Virus record (IMG/VR): IMGVR_UViG_3300045988_115891
Location: 1-35,841 of that record
Direction: 5' to 3' (one strand)
DNA length: 35,841 bases
DNA from: a virus
The notes under the pieces are model-generated. The model did no database searches. It was given only the letters and a program-made list of their open reading frames with translations, and was not told the origin of the DNA. Shown in pieces: positions 32,622 through 35,841 of the stretch (the stretch's first letter is position 1; each line of letters starts with the position of its first letter). The position numbers and the translations under genes were made by a program.

Positions 32622-32803
32622 AAACTATAACAATTGTTTTACAAAGCGGCTTTGATGAAGCTGTTATTATCACAGCGATGGGCAGTGCGCCTAATGGCAT
32701 AAATGCTACGACAAAATGTTTCAAAGCCGAAAACGGTCTTATCGTTGATTTTGAAAAATCCAAGATAGATAAAAACGGCAAGGTCATAGGAAACGAGGTG
32801 TAA
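32618..32803 (+). CDS. hypothetical protein (61 aa)
   Basis: ATGA overlap with the upstream stop. RBS GGAGAA. Confidence 0.45.
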   Translation: MKTITIVLQSGFDEAVIITAMGSAPNGINATTKCFKAENGLIVDFEKSKIDKNGKVIGNEV

Positions 32804-32806
32804 AAA

Positions 32807-32995
32807 ATGGATTTATTTCTCAAAATCGTGTACAGTCTGATTATGAACTTTATCTGCTTTTTTGCGGGCTATCTTGCTTGTCGGCAGGAAGAACAGCGTA
32901 AGCGTAGCGAAGCAAGTCGCAAGCTGATATTGCAGATAGCGGACGAACTGAAAAAACTTGAAAAGGAGAAGATGGACGATGAATGCAAGGGATAA
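32807..32995 (+). CDS. small membrane protein (62 aa)
   Basis: RBS GAGGTG. N-terminal hydrophobic segment. Confidence 0.45.
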   Translation: MDLFLKIVYSLIMNFICFFAGYLACRQEEQRKRSEASRKLILQIADELKKLEKEKMDDECKG

Positions 32996-33389
32996 GCTGT
33001 TACCGTGTACTTGTGGTGGAAATGGCATCACGGTTGACGCAGAACCGCCCAAGGAAGAACTGGAAAAGTACGAACGCTGGGGTTGCGGTCTGATAAGGCA
33101 TTACGCCGTCCGCTGTGATAAGTGCGGAAAACAGACAAATCCGTACACACTAAAGACACCCGCATATAAAGAGTGGAACAGATTTAACCGTGAGAAGTCC
33201 AAGTACAAGCTGTTTAACAGCAAGCAGAAAGCTATGGTAATGCGGCGCATAACGGCGATGTTAAAGGACGCAAGGGACGAATGTCCGAACGATGAAACTA
33301 TTAAGGGGTATGCGGAGGACTTATACAACGACATCCTTGTATCCGCTGAGAAAGGAGCAAGCGATGCCCGAAAAGCTGATAAAAAGTAA
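32979..33389 (+). CDS. Lar-family (restriction alleviation)-like zinc-ribbon protein with a C-terminal extension
   Basis: The pattern LLPCTCGG...AVRCDKCGKQT...TPAYKEWNRFN resembles the Lar family (CPFCGG...C..C...A...WN.R). ATG at 32979 follows AAGGAGAAG. Confidence 0.5.
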   Translation: MNARDKLLPCTCGGNGITVDAEPPKEELEKYERWGCGLIRHYAVRCDKCGKQTNPYTLKTPAYKEWNRFNREKSKYKLFNSKQKAMVMRRITAMLKDARDECPNDETIKGYAEDLYNDILVSAEKGASDARKADKK

Positions 33390-33819
33390 GCAACGTGTAA
33401 AAGACTTTGCGGAAGTGTTTACACCTAAGCACATCGTCAAGGATATGTGCGACCTCGTCCCCGAAGAGATGTGGACGAACATTGAAACGACGTTTTTAGA
33501 GCCTGCTTGCGGCACAGGAAACTTTCTCGCCGAAATCCTTGAGCGGAAGTTTAAACTGTGCGAAGACTGGGAAGATGGTCTACGGGCTTTGAAAAGCGTT
33601 TACGGTATGGATATACAACAAGACAATTGCGAGGAAACAAAGCAGAGGTTGTTCGATATGTATATAGCAAAGTTTCCGAAATCGCCTGCTGTATCGGGAT
33701 TGATAGCAGCGCAGATACTTGAAAACAACATCGTGTGCGGTGATTTTATCAAGGATTGGATGGACGAGATAGAAAAGAAAAAAGCAAAGAAAGAAGCGGC
33801 AAAAAGGAGTAAAAAATGA
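33364..33819 (+). CDS. N6-adenine-MTase-like SAM-binding half-domain lacking the catalytic (N/D)PP(Y/F) motif
   Basis: The motifs AEVFTP (motif X), LEPACGTGNFL (motif I), VYGMDIQ and IVCGDFI are followed by a Lys-rich tail and a stop. No NPPY/DPPY motif is present here or in the next ORF. Confidence 0.55.
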   Translation: MPEKLIKSKQRVKDFAEVFTPKHIVKDMCDLVPEEMWTNIETTFLEPACGTGNFLAEILERKFKLCEDWEDGLRALKSVYGMDIQQDNCEETKQRLFDMYIAKFPKSPAVSGLIAAQILENNIVCGDFIKDWMDEIEKKKAKKEAAKRSKK

Positions 33820-34139
33820 AAGCACGGATAGCAAGGAGCAACGTGCAGAGCGTGCAGAAAGAAATGGAAAAGGTTGCCATGCAAGAAGTGCTTGCGATTT
33901 ATCGTATGTGCATTGCGATAGCGTTAAACAAAAAATACCATTTTGGCAACGGCAGACTGAAAGAAGTGTTTGACGAAACTGACGATGTGCTAAAAAGATT
34001 TGACGGTTACGCAGGCGACATCAGCAAAGCAAAAGGATATAGCGACTTAGACACAGGGCGAGAAATGCTCGTCCAAGCGTTAGAAAGTCGTGGCATCGAC
34101 ATTGAACACGTTGCAGGGATAAAAATTGTTAAATTATGA
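33816..34139 (+). CDS. hypothetical protein (107 aa)
   Basis: RBS AAAGGAG; ATGA overlap with the upstream gene. Confidence 0.5.
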   Translation: MKARIARSNVQSVQKEMEKVAMQEVLAIYRMCIAIALNKKYHFGNGRLKEVFDETDDVLKRFDGYAGDISKAKGYSDLDTGREMLVQALESRGIDIEHVAGIKIVKL

Positions 34140-34151
34140 AATCAAAAATTA

Positions 34152-34172
34152 AGGGCTGAAAAAATCAGCCCT
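34152..34172. terminator. bidirectional intrinsic terminator between convergent gene blocks
   Basis: AGGGCTGA-AAAA-TCAGCCCT hairpin with an A-run upstream and a T-run downstream. Confidence 0.8.
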
Positions 34173-34178
34173 GTTTTT

Positions 34179-34481
34179 TTATTCGATTTCGTCAATCTTC
34201 CGCATCACCGAGTTGTAAAGCCGTTCGTTTGTCACCTTGATTACGTCCATCAGTTCGTCAATAACATCAAAGACCTTTACGCTGTTTTTATCCTCGACAG
34301 CCTTTAAAAAATCGGTTGTTCCCGATACTTCAAGCGGTGTTGCCTGCACGGAAGGAGCGTTACCGTTGAGATTTGCTCGGACGATATAAAGCCAAGCAAG
34401 ACGCTCAACAGTTGCCCAAGTGGTATCGTGATTTGTTTCAAGGTCTAAAATGTCCTTGTCGATAATATCAAGCGAAAGCAT
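34179..34481 (-). CDS. hypothetical protein (100 aa); last gene of the antisense cassette
   Basis: ORF-track ORF. GGGG-type RBS. There are 4 nt between the upstream stop and its start. Confidence 0.6.
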   Translation of the reverse strand: MLSLDIIDKDILDLETNHDTTWATVERLAWLYIVRANLNGNAPSVQATPLEVSGTTDFLKAVEDKNSVKVFDVIDELMDVIKVTNERLYNSVMRKIDEIE

Positions 34482-34485
34482 TTCA

Positions 34486-35040
34486 TCAACCCCGTTTCAT
34501 TTTGCTTTTGTACTTATCGTGAATTTCCTGCTGTTCGCAGTAGATAGTCGGCATATCGTAGTCAATGTTTGCAAGAGCAATGGCTTTTCGCTGTGCGGCT
34601 TTCAATTCGTGGTCTACGTCCTTGACAAGCTTTTTGATTTCGCAAGCTGTAGCGATTTCTCCGATTTCGTAAAGATTGCAAACCGCTTCCTCGTAAAGTT
34701 TCTTCGTTTCCTTTTCCCAGTCAACCCATTTTGAGAAACCGTCACGGACTGCCCTTTTCTTTGTTCCTGCGTCAACTTCTTGCCTGGTGTAGTTGTACCA
34801 GTTTTCGGGAATTGCTTTCGGATTTGCCGCCTTTTCCGCAAGCGGTAAGCGGTTGTGGTGATTGAGATAGTAACTCATCACTTTTCTGCGTGTCTTAAAC
34901 TCGCAAAGAGCGTGGTATTCGTGGCAGCGCTTGTAACCGTGCAAGTTTAAAAAGCCATAGTATTCGGCTAACTGGTCGTGGAACATTACGCCTTCAACCA
35001 AATGCGAATTTAGCTTTTCAAAAATTTCTGATACCGTCAT
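34486..35040 (-). CDS. ferritin/Dps-like four-helix-bundle protein (184 aa)
   Basis: LNSHLVEGVMFHDQLAEYYGFLNLHGYKRCHEYHA...KVMSYYLNH parallels the ferritin helix A/B pattern (LN..L..E......Y......L.G.......E..H). RBS GGAGGG. The metal ligands are only partly conserved. Confidence 0.4.
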   Translation of the reverse strand: MTVSEIFEKLNSHLVEGVMFHDQLAEYYGFLNLHGYKRCHEYHALCEFKTRRKVMSYYLNHHNRLPLAEKAANPKAIPENWYNYTRQEVDAGTKKRAVRDGFSKWVDWEKETKKLYEEAVCNLYEIGEIATACEIKKLVKDVDHELKAAQRKAIALANIDYDMPTIYCEQQEIHDKYKSKMKRG

Positions 35041-35236
35041 TTTTGCCCTCCAACAACTGTAATATTTTTGTTATCTTCTCGTCCTGCTCTGATAGGTGTC
35101 CGTGAATATCTTGAACCGCCGATTGTACAGTGTCATTTATTGTTGTTTGGTCTACGTTTTCGCCGTAGTTTAACAGCCCGACAATGAATGACACCATAGT
35201 GATAGCGTCAAGTAAATCGTATTGCTTTCCGTTCAT
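35018..35236 (-). CDS. small protein with an N-terminal hydrophobic helix and an acidic helix (72 aa)
   Basis: TAATG stop/start overlap with the upstream gene. It overlaps the downstream gene by 23 nt. Confidence 0.5.
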   Translation of the reverse strand: MNGKQYDLLDAITMVSFIVGLLNYGENVDQTTINDTVQSAVQDIHGHLSEQDEKITKILQLLEGKNDGIRNF

Positions 35237-35634
35237 TACAGTTTTACGACCGTCACGGCAAGGTTATTGACAACAGAAGCTGTGCCGCCGAGGACGAAAG
35301 ACAGTATAGAACTATCACAGCCGCAAGTATTGCGTACTACGGCAGTAATGCCGATGTTAGCTGTGCCGTTTAAAGCTACCGTCTGTGAGCCTGTCGCACC
35401 GATGATTGCAACACCGTCTTTCTGAGCGGTCACAGAAACTGTTCCTGCCGCAGTGGGAGAAACGGTCGCAGAAACGTTGATTAAGTAGTAGCCCTGTCCG
35501 TTAAGCGTGATTGCGTTACCGTCCTGCTTGATGTTGGGTCCGTATCTGCGAGAAGTAACCCCGACAGGGATAATGTCGCCGACTGCAACGGTCGGAGATG
35601 AAGTATTCGTTGTGTAGATTGTGCATTTACTCAT
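35236..35634 (-). CDS. BclA-C-terminal-domain / C1q-TNF-like jelly-roll protein (132 aa)
   Basis: It is beta-rich with ...DGNAITLNGQGYYLINVSATV... and ...LAVTVVKL, resembling exosporium BclA-CTD/ExsF-type domains. RBS AAAGGA. Confidence 0.45.
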   Translation of the reverse strand: MSKCTIYTTNTSSPTVAVGDIIPVGVTSRRYGPNIKQDGNAITLNGQGYYLINVSATVSPTAAGTVSVTAQKDGVAIIGATGSQTVALNGTANIGITAVVRNTCGCDSSILSFVLGGTASVVNNLAVTVVKL

Positions 35635-35658
35635 TTTACATTTTTCCTTTCAAAAACC

Positions 35659-35688
35659 AAAAAATTAAGGGGCGACTTTTGCCGCCCC
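35659..35688 (-). terminator. intrinsic terminator-like hairpin inside the antisense cassette
   Basis: On the minus strand: GGGGCGGCAAAAGTCGCCCC followed by TTAATTTTTT. Confidence 0.6.
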
Positions 35689-35716
35689 GTTGTAAGCCTC
35701 GCCAAGTAGGGCGTTA

Positions 35717-35742
35717 CCATTTTCGCGACCTCACGAAAATGG
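35717..35742 (-). other. 11-bp stem / 4-nt loop hairpin immediately after the stop of the wrapped gene
   Basis: On the minus strand: CCATTTTCGTG-AGGT-CGCGAAAATGG (one G-U pair). Confidence 0.6.
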
Positions 35743-35841
35743 TCAGATGTTGTTGCAACCGCAAGAGTTACAACCGCAGAAAGGAAAAGCTCCTGCGCTG
35801 TAAGTGTAACTCATAGGGTAACGGACAACGCCGCAGAAACG
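35743..35841 (-). CDS. 3' end of the wrapped Cys-rich membrane protein gene (same gene as 1..538)
   Basis: The frame continues from position 1 (=35787) as ...GAFPFCGCNSCGCNNI to TGA at 35745..35743. Confidence 0.75.
   Translation of the reverse strand, partial: RFCGVVRYPMSYTYSAGAFPFCGCNSCGCNNI
35787..35841. repeat. 55-bp terminal direct repeat, identical to 1..55
   Basis: Exact identity read from the sequence. Confidence 0.95.

Noticed and set aside
1-35841. A search by eye for tRNA, rRNA and tmRNA genes, integrase, CI/Cro-type repressor, CRISPR/cas, reverse transcriptase (retron/DGR) and toxin-antitoxin pairs.
   Set aside because: I found none of these. Absence by eye is weak evidence; tRNAscan-SE, Infernal and profile HMM searches should confirm it.

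Overview
The window is a complete, circularly closed genome of a tailed dsDNA phage. The first 55 nt are identical to the last 55 nt, so the unique length is about 35,786 bp. Expression signals look like a Gram-positive (Bacillota-type) host: AGGAGG-type RBSs, some GTG/TTG starts, and seven TTGAC(A/T)-17 bp promoters, six with a TATAAT -10 and one with TAAAAT.

Gene order is siphovirus-like, and about 60 genes lie on the + strand:
- Early, replication and recombination module (1347-9403): Sak4-like ATPase, DUF669/SSB-like protein, ERCC4-type nuclease, CHC2 primase zinc finger, VirE/D5-like primase-helicase, and several Cys4 zinc-ribbon proteins.
- DNA-modification and packaging block (9984-14654): ParB-like domain, small SAM-MTase-fold protein, SPL-like radical SAM enzyme, putative TerS, beta-class N4/N6 DNA MTase, TerL.
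- Head genes (14658-20250).
- Tail genes (20461-28164), including a -1 frameshifted chaperone pair.
- Lysis genes (28340-29644): two holin-like genes and an M23 endolysin.
- About 15 small accessory genes (30032-34139): YopX, a Lar-like protein and an MTase fragment among them.

A 7-gene antisense cassette (34179 -> wraps through the origin -> 1141) sits where a lysogeny module would be. No integrase or repressor is recognisable in it.

Most notable observations:
1. The tape-measure gene is split by an 834-nt group I intron carrying an HNH homing endonuclease. P1 and P10 pairings can be read directly from the sequence.
2. Two paralogous non-coding arrays of CTACAAA/TTTGTAG heptamers surround A/T-rich cores. 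One follows the primase-helicase gene; the other lies 10.9 kb away between head and tail genes.
3. A roughly 300-bp G+T-rich, C-poor repeat island sits inside the recombination module.
4. A ParB-like / MTase-fold / radical-SAM cluster is present, plus a stand-alone Com-like zinc-ribbon gene.
5. The antisense cassette is unusual: a TNF/C1q-like protein, a ferritin-like protein and a Cys-rich membrane protein.

All functional calls come from motif recognition by eye. No database searches were run.
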